Of a DNA stretch of 64,000 bases, positions 25,318 through 35,677 are shown in pieces (the first letter of the stretch is position 1; each line of letters begins with the position of its first letter). Under the pieces are notes generated by a model. It was given only the letters and a program-made list of their open reading frames with translations, was not told the DNA's origin and searched no databases. The position numbers and the translations under genes were made by a program. Source of the DNA: Candidatus Pacearchaeota archaeon (GTDB taxonomy: Archaea; Nanobdellota; Nanobdellia; Pacearchaeales; GW2011-AR1); contig JBBDJR010000006.1 of the NCBI GenBank assembly GCA_040879785.1, forward strand, positions 410-64,409. The letters are read 5' to 3'.

Positions 25318-25323
25318 TTTCAA

Positions 25324-27090
25324 TCACGAAAGACTTTTTACAATATCTTTAAGCCAGTTTATCCTATCCCTTTCTTCAAAACCTTCACGAACATTTTCAC
25401 TTAACTCACGGTCATAAGCAAACTCTACAGAATGGCTTCCCAGCCCGTAAATTACAACTCTTTCCCAGCTTCTGTTTACCTCTTCCTTGCTATTTTCAAG
25501 TTCAACACTATAATTCTCTCCAAAATGCTCAATAAGAGTCTGAATTTCCTCTTCAGTAAGATTTGAACTAAAATTAATAACCTCTCCGTCCGTTTCATTC
25601 GTCTGATTTAAATCGTCGTCATCTGAAGTCTCATTAGTTTCATTCAAATCAGAGTCAATAGGGTCTACTAAAATCACTTCATCTTCCTCTTCATCATCTC
25701 CTCTACCAACTTCCGGTGCTCCTCTCACAGAAGTCCGGTAAGAAATAATCTCTTCATCAGAATAAGAAACACTAATCCTCAAGTTTCCTTCTTCAACTTC
25801 CAAATCAAGACCGGAAACATCAAGTTCCAATTCCGTTCCGGAACTCTCCTCTCCTGAATAATCTGTCGTAACCACAACCCTGTTCCCTTCAACTTCAACA
25901 TTTACCTCATCATCAGACAAGCTTTCCGAGCCTGACGAAACGCTTCCAGGAGCAACTCTCGCATCAACTATAATTCCTTCTTCAATCTCATAAATAAAAT
26001 CTTCTTCCAAAGAAACACTTCCCTGAACAACCATTCCCTCGCCACTTCCAATTGCACGACCTGTTAACTCGGGCTCTGAAAATATATTACGAAACGCATT
26101 CAGAATCTTCGAAATTAAAATTTCTTCATCAGAGTCATTATTTCTCATTGTTATCCCTAATGCTACAAGATTCCCATTTCCGTTACCATCTCCAACACCA
26201 GAAGCGGTAATAGAATCGTCACTGGAATCCTCGTTGCCATCATCAGTTGTCTCCACAGTGTCATCACCATCACTAGAATCCTCTGTGTTCCCCTCGTCAG
26301 TTTCATCAGTTGTCTCCCCGTTTTCTTCTTCAATTATCTCTTCATCAGTCTCACCAGATTCTTCTGAATTTTCTGTGTCCTCTCCGTCTGTAGTTTCACC
26401 ACCTTCATCAATAACTTCGTCTTCCGCCTCATCAGTTGTCTCGCTCGTTTCATTATCTAATTCATTTGTGTCTTCAGAATCATTAAGATTAGTACTATTT
26501 GTCTCATCTTCAGAATCACTTTGTCCTTCGCCACCAGAAGAGGAATCACCCTGACCAGAGCCACCCTGACTTTCATCATCTGGACGCTCAACCTCAACAA
26601 TCAATTCAAAAGAAACCTCTGAATTAACATCTACAGAAGAAATCCCATATCCTTCCCCCGTTCCCGAGATAGAAGAACCGGAAACATAAAAACTTCCGTT
26701 AACCGCCTCTCCAGAAACAATCTCTCTTAACTCGCCCTCAAAAATAGTATTTCCATTATTCTCAAAAACAACTGTTGAAGATGCCGGAATAAACTCGTCC
26801 TCATCCAAAGACAAAACTAAACTGTTCTCGTTAAACCCCTCAAAAGAATCCGCATCTAAATTAAGAACAGCTCTTCCCGTTCCTATATTATCCGTGTCAA
26901 TCTGGCTGAAAACATAAACAAGAGCCAGCAATGCAAAAACGCCCAGCACCGCCAGAGAGATTTTCTTATAGCTCAATTTTTCCCCCGAACCTCGATACTC
27001 AGAAACAACTTTCCCATCAACTCTCCTACTATGATAAACATAAGGTCCGTATATCTTTCCGCCTCTTTTTATATATTTTTTATATGCCAT
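25324..27090 (-). CDS. Membrane-anchored, highly acidic surface protein
   Basis: MAYKKYIKRGGKIYGPYVYHSRRVDGKVV N-terminal motif, a TM helix, and a long D/E/T/S/G low-complexity region. Confidence 0.75.
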   Translation of the reverse strand: MAYKKYIKRGGKIYGPYVYHSRRVDGKVVSEYRGSGEKLSYKKISLAVLGVFALLALVYVFSQIDTDNIGTGRAVLNLDADSFEGFNENSLVLSLDEDEFIPASSTVVFENNGNTIFEGELREIVSGEAVNGSFYVSGSSISGTGEGYGISSVDVNSEVSFELIVEVERPDDESQGGSGQGDSSSGGEGQSDSEDETNSTNLNDSEDTNELDNETSETTDEAEDEVIDEGGETTDGEDTENSEESGETDEEIIEEENGETTDETDEGNTEDSSDGDDTVETTDDGNEDSSDDSITASGVGDGNGNGNLVALGITMRNNDSDEEILISKILNAFRNIFSEPELTGRAIGSGEGMVVQGSVSLEEDFIYEIEEGIIVDARVAPGSVSSGSESLSDDEVNVEVEGNRVVVTTDYSGEESSGTELELDVSGLDLEVEEGNLRISVSYSDEEIISYRTSVRGAPEVGRGDDEEEDEVILVDPIDSDLNETNETSDDDDLNQTNETDGEVINFSSNLTEEEIQTLIEHFGENYSVELENSKEEVNRSWERVVIYGLGSHSVEFAYDRELSENVREGFEERDRINWLKDIVKSLS

Positions 27091-27239
27091 TTCTAATAAA
27101 GTTCCAGGTTTTGTCTAATCTTTTTTTAAAAGATTATTGTAGGGTAACAATACCAACAACACTAACACGATACCAACTAAACAATAAGAAAGAGTTTAGA
27201 ATATATTTAAAGGTTTCTGGGATAAGGATAAAGGATAAA

Positions 27240-28403
27240 TTATTGTCCGCAATTCGCGGCTTCCCAAATATGATACTGCTCCCCAGGCAATATAACTGCA
27301 AGAGACATTGGAGGATCCGTGTCCATTGTTATTTCAGTCTTATTAATATCTTCAAAATATCTAGCTATATTAATATCGAAGCAACGTGTCTCACTAGAAC
27401 CAGAGAAATTCACTGTGGCCTGACCATAATTTCCATCTACCAACTCTTGCTGACTTTTTGGAAGATCATCACTTTGGAATCTATCAGCACCCCCATCTTC
27501 AGGCCAAACCGCATCAATAAATCCAACATCTATAGCATCATCTAAAGTACAATCCCCGTTTTCATCAGGAGAAAACCCTTCTCTACATAGACACTGAGAA
27601 GTACTATCCCCAAAATAATCAGACCCATCACTACATCCATCCGGAAGAGGATCTCCATCACACTCATAAATAGTTTCATTGTAATATTCCTGCTCCCAAG
27701 TTCCGTCACAAAGAGCCACACATTCTCCTGTTCCATTAACGTCTTCACATTTCAAACCATCTCCACAATCATCATCAGTCTCACACAAATCTCCTTCTAC
27801 AGTTTCATCACCGGTTTCATCTCCTGTTTCATCTCCAGTTCCATCATCAGTCCCATCTCCGGTAGATGTAGCAATTCCTCCCGAACCAAGAGTATAGGAA
27901 CTCGTTTGACGGCAATTCTCCTGATTTCCATTATCATCTATAAAATAAGGTGTAACACTGAACTCATTAGCATTTGTTACTATATTCTCACCTGAAGTAT
28001 CAACATCTCTAGTCAGAGTATCCAGCCGAGGAAGACTCTCGTTAATATCAATAGGCCCACTAAAATCACCTAATTCGTTAGAAAGTGTGACAATCACTCC
28101 ATCAATCTCCTCTCCAGAACTACTTCTCCTTAAAGAAACTGAATAAACTCCATCTCCCTCTTCACTAACCCCCACTTCAGAAAAACGAACATCCCTACAT
28201 TTTGCATCTAATTCAACATCTCCAGCGCCTCCAGTAATAACATTACTTATGACTGCCCAAAGAATCCCAACAGCAACCAGAACTAAAAGAATTATTATAA
28301 GAGTTGCAACAACACTAGAAAGACCTAACTTGTTTCTAATTTTTAGACGATTAGTTAGACCCAAATAAATAGTTTGTATCCTACCCTCTTTTTTCATAAA
28401 CAA
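27240..28403 (-). CDS. Type IV pilin-like protein with Cys-rich C-terminal extension
   Basis: NKLGLSSVVATLIIILLVLVAVGILW class III signal. The first ~170 aa are collinear with 7526..8008. A GDETGDETGDET repeat is followed by a multi-Cys domain. Confidence 0.8.
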   Translation of the reverse strand: MFMKKEGRIQTIYLGLTNRLKIRNKLGLSSVVATLIIILLVLVAVGILWAVISNVITGGAGDVELDAKCRDVRFSEVGVSEEGDGVYSVSLRRSSSGEEIDGVIVTLSNELGDFSGPIDINESLPRLDTLTRDVDTSGENIVTNANEFSVTPYFIDDNGNQENCRQTSSYTLGSGGIATSTGDGTDDGTGDETGDETGDETVEGDLCETDDDCGDGLKCEDVNGTGECVALCDGTWEQEYYNETIYECDGDPLPDGCSDGSDYFGDSTSQCLCREGFSPDENGDCTLDDAIDVGFIDAVWPEDGGADRFQSDDLPKSQQELVDGNYGQATVNFSGSSETRCFDINIARYFEDINKTEITMDTDPPMSLAVILPGEQYHIWEAANCGQ

Positions 28404-28480
28404 AATATGACTATACTATTTATAAATTTAACCAAAAATATAAATTAAAAGAAAATATAAATTAAAAACAAGAATTGAAA

Positions 28481-28852
28481 TTACTCTTCTGTTACCTGGT
28501 CTTCTTCTATTTGCTCGCCCTCAATAGACCCTTGTGCCTGTTGCTGTTGTTCAAGTTCAGGGAACCTGTCTGGGAAACACTCCATAGCAACAAGGTTAAT
28601 TGTCTGCTGATTTCCATCCTCACCTACAACAACTTCTCCATTCTCATCGACGAGAGGGAAAGGGATTGGTTGACATGTAGCTGCCTGTCGTGATACTGTA
28701 ATCACCGCAAAATCAATTCCTTCTTGTTGTCTCTCTACAGCATACCCTGTAAGACTTGGTTGAATCAAGAAAACATACGCAAGAATTGCAGCCATAACAA
28801 CTACAAGAGCAATCAAAGTCGTTACAAGAACTTTTGTTTTATCCATAAACAA
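28481..28852 (-). CDS. Small membrane-anchored protein
   Basis: N-terminal TM helix LVTTLIALVVVMAAILAYVFLI with an acidic/Q-rich tail. Confidence 0.65.
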   Translation of the reverse strand: MFMDKTKVLVTTLIALVVVMAAILAYVFLIQPSLTGYAVERQQEGIDFAVITVSRQAATCQPIPFPLVDENGEVVVGEDGNQQTINLVAMECFPDRFPELEQQQQAQGSIEGEQIEEDQVTEE

Positions 28853-28919
28853 TCTACAGAATCCTCATTTAAAAACTTTATGCATGTTTAATTACTATTA
28901 ACAAAGAATGTAATAAGAA

Positions 28920-29660
28920 TCAGTCCTTCGTCGTTATCTCAACCAGCGTCGTCACATCCTGCCATACAGCTTCTCCGTTAGATTTCAATTCAACAGAAAC
29001 AACATCGCCCGCCTCGAACTCAGCCACTCCTCCGGACAAAACATCATAATCTTTCTTTGAACCTTCACTTTCCGTACTTAGAATATTTCCGACGTTTATC
29101 CTATCTCCGTTAATGTAAACTACTATTTCTACATCTCCAGAAGCATCTGTTTCAGTGACTTCAAGATTTGTTGAAAGCGCGGTTAAGCTTCCGCCTCTCG
29201 TCATAACATAACCTTTCTCCAGGCTTGTCTCAACATCTGTCGCAGTCTTCAAAAACCCTGAATCAGACATCTCTCCCGAAAATCCAAAGCTTAGGAAAGA
29301 CCTTTTATAATCTTCAGAGGACAGAGTCTTTCTAAACGTCTCGTCGGAAACTGTTAAAACATAAATAGGCCTGTCACTTGAATCCGTCAACTCGTACAAA
29401 GCCAGATTAGTATCATCTATATTTCCAAGATCAATCCCTTTGGGCAAATCATTAAAATCCGCCCTCCTCACATTTTTTATCTCAGCCTCAGAAATCCCTT
29501 TTCCTTTTGCAACCTTCTTCACAAAATTAGAAATATCTTCTCCAAGATCTTCATCCTCATCGCCGATAATCTCCCCTTCCTGAGCAGAAACCGCCAATCC
29601 TAACAACAACATTACAAATAGAGAGAACATGACTCCTGAAACAAAAATCGTTTTCTTCAT
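28920..29660 (-). CDS. Secreted hypothetical protein
   Basis: Signal peptide MKKTIFVSGVMFSLFVMLLLGLAVSAQ. Confidence 0.7.
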   Translation of the reverse strand: MKKTIFVSGVMFSLFVMLLLGLAVSAQEGEIIGDEDEDLGEDISNFVKKVAKGKGISEAEIKNVRRADFNDLPKGIDLGNIDDTNLALYELTDSSDRPIYVLTVSDETFRKTLSSEDYKRSFLSFGFSGEMSDSGFLKTATDVETSLEKGYVMTRGGSLTALSTNLEVTETDASGDVEIVVYINGDRINVGNILSTESEGSKKDYDVLSGGVAEFEAGDVVSVELKSNGEAVWQDVTTLVEITTKD

Positions 29661-29725
29661 CCTCTTTTCACCTTACAAAATAAAAAAGGCACCATATTTA
29701 AATATTCCGAAATTATCAATAAAAC

Positions 29726-30007
29726 ATGAATGATAAGATAACTCCCGAAAAAATACAAAAATACAAAAACCTAACAGCCAATGCCCTAAAAAAAGCGAAA
29801 GCATCAACAATTAAGGGCAAAGAAACCGAAGCAAAGGAAATAACCGAAATGGTTTCAAACTACCTTTCAGATTCGAAATACTTCGAAGAAAACAACGATT
29901 TAGTAAACGCATTCGCAGCCTTAAACTACGCACACGGCTGGCTTGACTCCGGCGTCCGGCTCGGAGTTTTCAACGTAAAAGACGACTCACTTTTTACTAT
30001 TAGGTAA
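29726..30007 (+). CDS. DUF357-like small archaeal protein
   Basis: DLVNAFAALNYAHGWLDSGVRLG motif, recalled family signature. Confidence 0.6.
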   Translation: MNDKITPEKIQKYKNLTANALKKAKASTIKGKETEAKEITEMVSNYLSDSKYFEENNDLVNAFAALNYAHGWLDSGVRLGVFNVKDDSLFTIR

Positions 30008-30038
30008 ACTATAAAAATAAGAATTCCCTAAATTTTTC

Positions 30039-30728
30039 ATGAAAAAGAAGGTAATAGTTCTAAGTCTCGGCGGAAGCCTGATTATTCCTGACAAAGTTGA
30101 TACTAATTTTCTTAAAAAATTTAAAAAAACTCTACAAAAAAATACAAAAAAATACAAATTTGTTGTTGCATGTGGAGGCGGCTCAATCGCCCGAAAGTAC
30201 ATCGCCGCCTTACAAAAAAACAAAGCAAACCAAAAACTCCAAAGCTTCTCTGGAATTTCCGCAACACGAATGAACGCACGTTTTATGTCTTACTTCTTCG
30301 GACTCAATCCAGAAAAAGGAATTCCTCATAAGATGAGAGAAATACAAAAGTATCTAAGAAAACAGGACGTTGTTTTCTGTGGAGCCCTCGAATACAAGCC
30401 AAACCAAACTTCAGACTCAACAGCCGCGCAAATAGCAAAAAAATACAAAACAATTTTCATAAACCTGACAAATGTCCCCGGACTCTACGATAAAAACCCT
30501 AAGAAACATAAGAACGCAAAATTCATCCCCGAAATAAGTTGGAAGGAGTTTGACAAAAAGGCGAAAGAAATAAAGTACAAACCTGGACAACACTTCGTCC
30601 TCGACCAGACAGCCTCGGAGATAATAAAAGAACACAAAATACCAACATACATTCTCGGACAAGACATGAAACAACTTGAAGCAGTTTTACAAGGAAAAGG
30701 ATTCAAAGGTACTTTGATTAAGGGTTGA
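30039..30728 (+). CDS. pyrH: UMP kinase, archaeal type
   Basis: VLSLGGSLIIPD, VVACGGGSIARKY and amino-acid-kinase fold pattern; 229 aa. Confidence 0.8.
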   Translation: MKKKVIVLSLGGSLIIPDKVDTNFLKKFKKTLQKNTKKYKFVVACGGGSIARKYIAALQKNKANQKLQSFSGISATRMNARFMSYFFGLNPEKGIPHKMREIQKYLRKQDVVFCGALEYKPNQTSDSTAAQIAKKYKTIFINLTNVPGLYDKNPKKHKNAKFIPEISWKEFDKKAKEIKYKPGQHFVLDQTASEIIKEHKIPTYILGQDMKQLEAVLQGKGFKGTLIKG

Positions 30729-30748
30729 AAAATAATCGGACAAAAAAT

Positions 30749-31204
30749 TTATTCTTTCTTCATATACTTTCTAACTTCATCTTCTGTCAAATAATTATCA
30801 AGATAATGTTCCCACCTTGTCCCAGTGAGTATTTGTTTGGCTTTCTTTTTAGTCGCAATTAATTCTTTTCCGTATCCTTTCTTAATCGCAAGACGATCTG
30901 TAGCCTTTTCCATTTTAACTGCTTCTTCCTTAGTCGCAATAAAGACAAATTTCCAAAATCCTTTCCAACTACCTTTTTGAAAGGTGGAAAAGTGGGACAA
31001 CTCATGAGCAATTAGTCCTCTCAAAACATCTCTCGATAGTATTTTACATTTAGTACTAAAGGCCAATAAATTCAGGTTTGGGAGTATCCACAGAACTGAC
31101 GCACCCGGTATAGGAAAAGGGATTTTAATTATCCAGATTGCTCCTTTTATTTCGGGAAAAGACTTTTTCCGAATATCATTAACTTCTTTACAATAGTTAT
31201 ACAT
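30749..31204 (-). CDS. Putative zinc metallopeptidase (HExxH)
   Basis: LIAHELSHF motif in a 151-aa ORF. Confidence 0.45.
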   Translation of the reverse strand: MYNYCKEVNDIRKKSFPEIKGAIWIIKIPFPIPGASVLWILPNLNLLAFSTKCKILSRDVLRGLIAHELSHFSTFQKGSWKGFWKFVFIATKEEAVKMEKATDRLAIKKGYGKELIATKKKAKQILTGTRWEHYLDNYLTEDEVRKYMKKE

Positions 31205-31298
31205 AATACATTATCTTATTTAATTATTATAAATCTATCTAGTTTTACAAAATTTTATCAGACCAAATTCTTAAAAACATTATAAGACTCTCTTTCTT

Positions 31299-31751
31299 AT
31301 GAAACAAACCCTCATCCAGGCAACAGACTTTAACAAAGCGAGAAAAGCAATACGAGAAAACAAAGGAAAGGAAATAGTTTTTTCTTCAGACGATGACGAC
31401 TTAGCCAGGCAGGTTCTCGAAAAAGAAAATATAAATATTCTCTTAATAAATCTCTCAGGAAGAAAGGACAGAATGAAACAGCGTGATTCCGGTCTCAACC
31501 ATGTTATCGCAAAAATCGCAAAAAAGAACAACGTAAGAATAGGAATAAATCTTGATGAGATTCTGGATGCAAAATCAAAAAAAGAAAAATCAGAAATTCT
31601 CGGCCGTGTAAGACAAAACGTAAAACTCTGCAATAAAAATAAATTAAAAATGAAATTCATCTTCTCATCAAAAAATAAAAAAGACCAGCACGATTTAAAA
31701 TCACTCGGACTAACTTTAGGAATGCCTACGTGGATGATAAAAGAATTCTAA
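31299..31751 (+). CDS. rnp3: RNase P protein component 3 (Rpp30-like), short form
   Basis: RKD..SGLNHVIAKIAKKNNVRIGINL...FIFSS...DLKSLGLTLGM is collinear with the C-terminal two-thirds of archaeal Rpp30 as I recall it. Confidence 0.6.
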   Translation: MKQTLIQATDFNKARKAIRENKGKEIVFSSDDDDLARQVLEKENINILLINLSGRKDRMKQRDSGLNHVIAKIAKKNNVRIGINLDEILDAKSKKEKSEILGRVRQNVKLCNKNKLKMKFIFSSKNKKDQHDLKSLGLTLGMPTWMIKEF

Positions 31752-31792
31752 CAAAGCAAAACCCTTTTAACCTCTAACTTATTTAACCTTCT

Positions 31793-33313
31793 ATGGAAAA
31801 AAATGTGGAGAGCGCCCTGGAATCATTAAGTCCTAATGAAAAGAAAGTTCTCCCTCACCTGGAGGAGAAAAACATAATTGAGATATGTAAAAAGTCGAAC
31901 CTCGATAAAGTCTCAGTGATAAGATCTCTGGAGTACCTTAAAAATAAAGGCATAGTAAACATTCAGATAAATAAGAAAAGATTGGTGGATGTAGGAATTA
32001 ACGGGGCACTCTACAGAAAAAAGGGTTTGCCTGAAAGAAGACTTCTAAATCTGCTTGGTGAAAAAAGATTTCTAAAAATTGAAGAGGCAAAGAAAGAATC
32101 TAAGCTTTCTGACGACGAGCTTAAAGCATCAATAGGAGCACTAAAAAAAAGGGGTCTCATTGAATTAAGAAAGGAGAAAATTATTTTCAGCGCAAATAAA
32201 GAAGAAATATCAAAAAAAAGTCCTGAAGAAGCGCTGATAGAAATCCTGCCTCTCGAATACGAGAAACTTGACCAGGAACAGATTTCTGCACTAGAAAGCC
32301 TGAAAAAAAGAAAGGATATCGTCCAGATAAATGAAGAGAAAATCATTGACATAGAAGTAACTCCCTTAGGAAAGAAGGTTATGGAATCTGACATTAAAGA
32401 GGGGAACTTAGTCGAACAAATAACTCCCGAAATTCTTAGAAAAGAATCTCTTTGGAAAGGAAAAAAATTCAGAAAATATGATGTAACTCTACCCGCATCT
32501 CAAATAAACGGAGGTAAAAGACATTTTGTAAATCAAACTTCTGATTACATGAGAAGGATATGGACTGATATGGGCTTCAAAGAAATGACAGGAAATTTAG
32601 TCGTCAGTTCTTTCTGGAATTTCGATGCATTATTCCAGCCACAAGACCATCCTGCAAGAGATATGCACGACACATTCTTTATAGATAAAAACGCAGAACT
32701 TCCTGACAAAAAACTCGTGAAAAAAGTGAAAGAAAGTCATGAATCCGGAGTCGGCGGAAGCTCGGGATGGGAATACTCCTGGGACGAAGAAAAAGCAAAA
32801 AAACTAGTCCTTAGAACTCATACAACCTGCCTTTCAGCGCAAACGCTTGCAAAATTGGATTCCAAAGAACTTCCACAAAAATTCTTCGCCGTCGGTAAAT
32901 GTTTTAGAAACGAAACGGTAGACTGGAGTCACGGATTTGAATTCAATCAGACAGAAGGAATCGTCGTCGACAAAAACGCAAACTTTAGACATCTTCTTGG
33001 ATATTTAGAAAGCTTCTTTAATAAGATGGGATTCGAAAAAGTCAGATTCCGTCCGGGATATTTCCCTTACACCGAACCAAGCGTAGAAGTCGATGTCTGG
33101 CATCCTGAAAAAAAAGTCTGGCTCGAGCTCGGAGGAGCCGGAATCCTAAGGCCGGAAGTCGTAATTCCTCTTCTCGGCGAAGACATCCCTGTTCTTGCAT
33201 GGGGTCCCGGAGCAGACAGAATGCTGATGGACTACTACAAAATAAAAGACCTCAGAGAACTCTACAAAAACGACCTAAATCAAATAAGAAAAATGAGGTT
33301 TTGGATGAAATAA
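31793..33313 (+). CDS. pheS: Phenylalanyl-tRNA synthetase alpha subunit
   Basis: HPARDMHDTFF, FRNE and GAGILRPEV class II motifs; archaeal length of 506 aa. Confidence 0.9.
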   Translation: MEKNVESALESLSPNEKKVLPHLEEKNIIEICKKSNLDKVSVIRSLEYLKNKGIVNIQINKKRLVDVGINGALYRKKGLPERRLLNLLGEKRFLKIEEAKKESKLSDDELKASIGALKKRGLIELRKEKIIFSANKEEISKKSPEEALIEILPLEYEKLDQEQISALESLKKRKDIVQINEEKIIDIEVTPLGKKVMESDIKEGNLVEQITPEILRKESLWKGKKFRKYDVTLPASQINGGKRHFVNQTSDYMRRIWTDMGFKEMTGNLVVSSFWNFDALFQPQDHPARDMHDTFFIDKNAELPDKKLVKKVKESHESGVGGSSGWEYSWDEEKAKKLVLRTHTTCLSAQTLAKLDSKELPQKFFAVGKCFRNETVDWSHGFEFNQTEGIVVDKNANFRHLLGYLESFFNKMGFEKVRFRPGYFPYTEPSVEVDVWHPEKKVWLELGGAGILRPEVVIPLLGEDIPVLAWGPGADRMLMDYYKIKDLRELYKNDLNQIRKMRFWMK

Positions 33314-33314
33314 A

Positions 33315-33677
33315 ATGGCAAAAGTAAAAATTTTAAGCATATCTAAAAACGAAAAAAGAAGCTTGTATGCATTTAAGAAAGAACAAAATCTATTCAATAT
33401 AATAAGGGAAATTCTAATAAAATTAGATTTCGAAAAAAATCCTTGGTTGCTTGGACTTGGAAGACCTTGGGATGAAGAATCTGAAGAACCCATATTAAAT
33501 AAAGAAGATGATATAAACTCAGAAGATTATAATGAAAGAATACAAAATTTCCAGAATAAAAATTATTCTGTAGATATAATCTTCTTCATAAATAAAGTTG
33601 TAATTATATTCAACTACAATAAAGATATGCAGCAAGAAATTTCCAAAGTAATTGGGGAATTCATAAAAACAGAATAA
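33315..33677 (+). CDS. Hypothetical protein inside the pheS-pheT operon
   Basis: 120-aa ORF starting 1 nt after the pheS stop. Confidence 0.55.
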   Translation: MAKVKILSISKNEKRSLYAFKKEQNLFNIIREILIKLDFEKNPWLLGLGRPWDEESEEPILNKEDDINSEDYNERIQNFQNKNYSVDIIFFINKVVIIFNYNKDMQQEISKVIGEFIKTE

Positions 33678-33678
33678 A

Positions 33679-34008
33679 ATGGCAAAATTAAAATACGTTT
33701 CAAAAAATAAGGTTTACCCTGGAGCGTTTGGAGGAGCGGACGTAAAAAAGATGGTTGCATACGTTAGAAAAGATCTGCCAAAACCAGTTAGAAAATTTGT
33801 TGGAACCCATGAACTCTATCACCTAAGAGATAATGGAAAAAATTTAAAAGAAATAAACAAAGGAAAAAAAGGTTGGTTTTGGGAAGAAATTAAAACAAAC
33901 GCTTACGCTGGAATAAGGCACCCGATTGGATTTATAGCAACAATAATAATGAGTCTTCAACCCTATAGGATTAAACTATATATTGATAGATTCAAAAAAG
34001 GATATTAA
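33679..34008 (+). CDS. Hypothetical small HExxH protein inside the pheS-pheT operon
   Basis: VGTHELYHL motif. Abuts the preceding ORF and the pheT start. Confidence 0.55.
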   Translation: MAKLKYVSKNKVYPGAFGGADVKKMVAYVRKDLPKPVRKFVGTHELYHLRDNGKNLKEINKGKKGWFWEEIKTNAYAGIRHPIGFIATIIMSLQPYRIKLYIDRFKKGY

Positions 34009-34009
34009 A

Positions 34010-35677
34010 ATGGCAGTAATAACAATAGACAAAAAAACATTTGAAAAAGAAATCGGAAATCTGGATTCTGAAATGCAGAACAAAATTGCGATGTTCGGAA
34101 CGCCCGTGGAAGCCGTGGATTCCAATGAACTCCAGTTGGAAGTTTTCCCAAACAGACCGGACCTGCTTTCCTATCATGGATTCAGGCGAGCTTTCTTAGC
34201 CTTCCTCGGAAAAAAAACAGGTCTTAAAAAATACAAGATAAACAAACCTGAAAAAAACTACAACGTTTCAATAGAATCTTCCTTAAAAAACGTAAGACCC
34301 TACACAGCGTGCGCAATTGTCAAAGGACTTAAACTCGACGATGAAAAAATTAAAGAGTTGATTGAAATCCAAGAGAAACTCCATATAACAATAGGAAGAA
34401 AAAGAAAAAAAGTTGCAATCGGAATATACCCTCTTGAAGAAATAAAACTTCCTATAACATTCAAGGCAATGGAGCCAGACAAAATAAAATTCATTCCATT
34501 AGAAATGAACAGAGAAATCTCCGGACTAGAAATTCTTCAAAAACACCCTACAGGAAGAGAATACTCTCATCTTCTTGCAGGAAAGGCAAAGTTCCCCATA
34601 TTTACCGATGCAGAAAATAAAATTCTAAGCATGCCTCCAATAATAAATTCCCAGTCAACAGGAAAAGTAAACGAAAAAACAAAAGAGGTTTTTGTTGAAT
34701 GCTCCGGCTTTGATTTTGAAACTCTGAAAAGATGTCTCAACATAATTATTACAAGTATGGCCGAAATGGGAGGAAAAATCTATCAGATGAATCTAAACTA
34801 CGGTTCGAAAAAAGAAACAACACCCAACTTAACTCCTCAAAACAAAAAAATCTCTCTCGAAAAAACAAACAAACTTCTCGGTCTTGATTTAAAAGAAAAG
34901 GATCTGAAAAAACTGATTGAAAGAATGGGATATAATTACAACCAAAAAGAGAACTCCGTAGAAATCCCTGTATGGAGAACGGACATACTTCACGAGGTTG
35001 ATATCATAGAAGATATCGCAATAGCTTACGGATATGAAAACCTCATCCCTGAAATTCCTTCAATCTCAACAACAGGAGAAGAAGACAGAAAAGAAACAAT
35101 GAAACGGAAAATTTCAGAAATACTCTCCGGTCTCAGAATGAATGAAGTCTCAAACTATCACATTTCAACAAAAAAAGATCAGGTTGAAAAAATGGAGTTC
35201 TCAAAACAAGAAGAAACAATAATTGTTGAGGCATCCAAAACAGAAAACGACACGCTGAGAAAAAATCTTTCATCAATGCTCCTAAAAAACCTCTCTGAAA
35301 ATATTGACTCAGAATATCCCCAAGAAATCTTTGAGATTGGAAAAGTTTTCTACTTAAAAGAAGGAAATGTTAAGGAAAAAAACAACCTCGCTGCAGTAGT
35401 CTCACCTGGAAACTTCACGAGAATTAACCAGATTCTAGATTACCTATCAAGAATGACTTCCAAGAAATTAACTCTAAAAGAACCCGAGAAAACAGAAAAA
35501 ACGCCTCCTTACTTCATCGAGGGCAGAACAGCAGAAATATTCCTCAATGAAAAAAACATAGGATTCATCGGCGAAGTCCATCCAAAAATACTAAAAAACT
35601 GGAAAATCAAAATGCCCGTGGCTTTATTTGAAATAGAACTCGAGGATATATTAGAAGAATTAACTAAGAAGAACTAA
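34010..35677 (+). CDS. pheT: Phenylalanyl-tRNA synthetase beta subunit (start trimmed to MAVITIDKK)
   Basis: B3/4 and B5 region pattern (FPNRPDLLSYHGFRRAF, WRTDILHEVDIIEDIAIAYGY). Confidence 0.9.
   Translation: MAVITIDKKTFEKEIGNLDSEMQNKIAMFGTPVEAVDSNELQLEVFPNRPDLLSYHGFRRAFLAFLGKKTGLKKYKINKPEKNYNVSIESSLKNVRPYTACAIVKGLKLDDEKIKELIEIQEKLHITIGRKRKKVAIGIYPLEEIKLPITFKAMEPDKIKFIPLEMNREISGLEILQKHPTGREYSHLLAGKAKFPIFTDAENKILSMPPIINSQSTGKVNEKTKEVFVECSGFDFETLKRCLNIIITSMAEMGGKIYQMNLNYGSKKETTPNLTPQNKKISLEKTNKLLGLDLKEKDLKKLIERMGYNYNQKENSVEIPVWRTDILHEVDIIEDIAIAYGYENLIPEIPSISTTGEEDRKETMKRKISEILSGLRMNEVSNYHISTKKDQVEKMEFSKQEETIIVEASKTENDTLRKNLSSMLLKNLSENIDSEYPQEIFEIGKVFYLKEGNVKEKNNLAAVVSPGNFTRINQILDYLSRMTSKKLTLKEPEKTEKTPPYFIEGRTAEIFLNEKNIGFIGEVHPKILKNWKIKMPVALFEIELEDILEELTKKN

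Noticed and set aside
26931-27545. 204-aa plus-strand ORF spanning the 27091-27239 intergenic region
   Set aside because: It overlaps the start of one minus-strand gene and the end of another, both well supported. It is rich in Leu/Ile/Tyr/Phe from AT-rich spacer.
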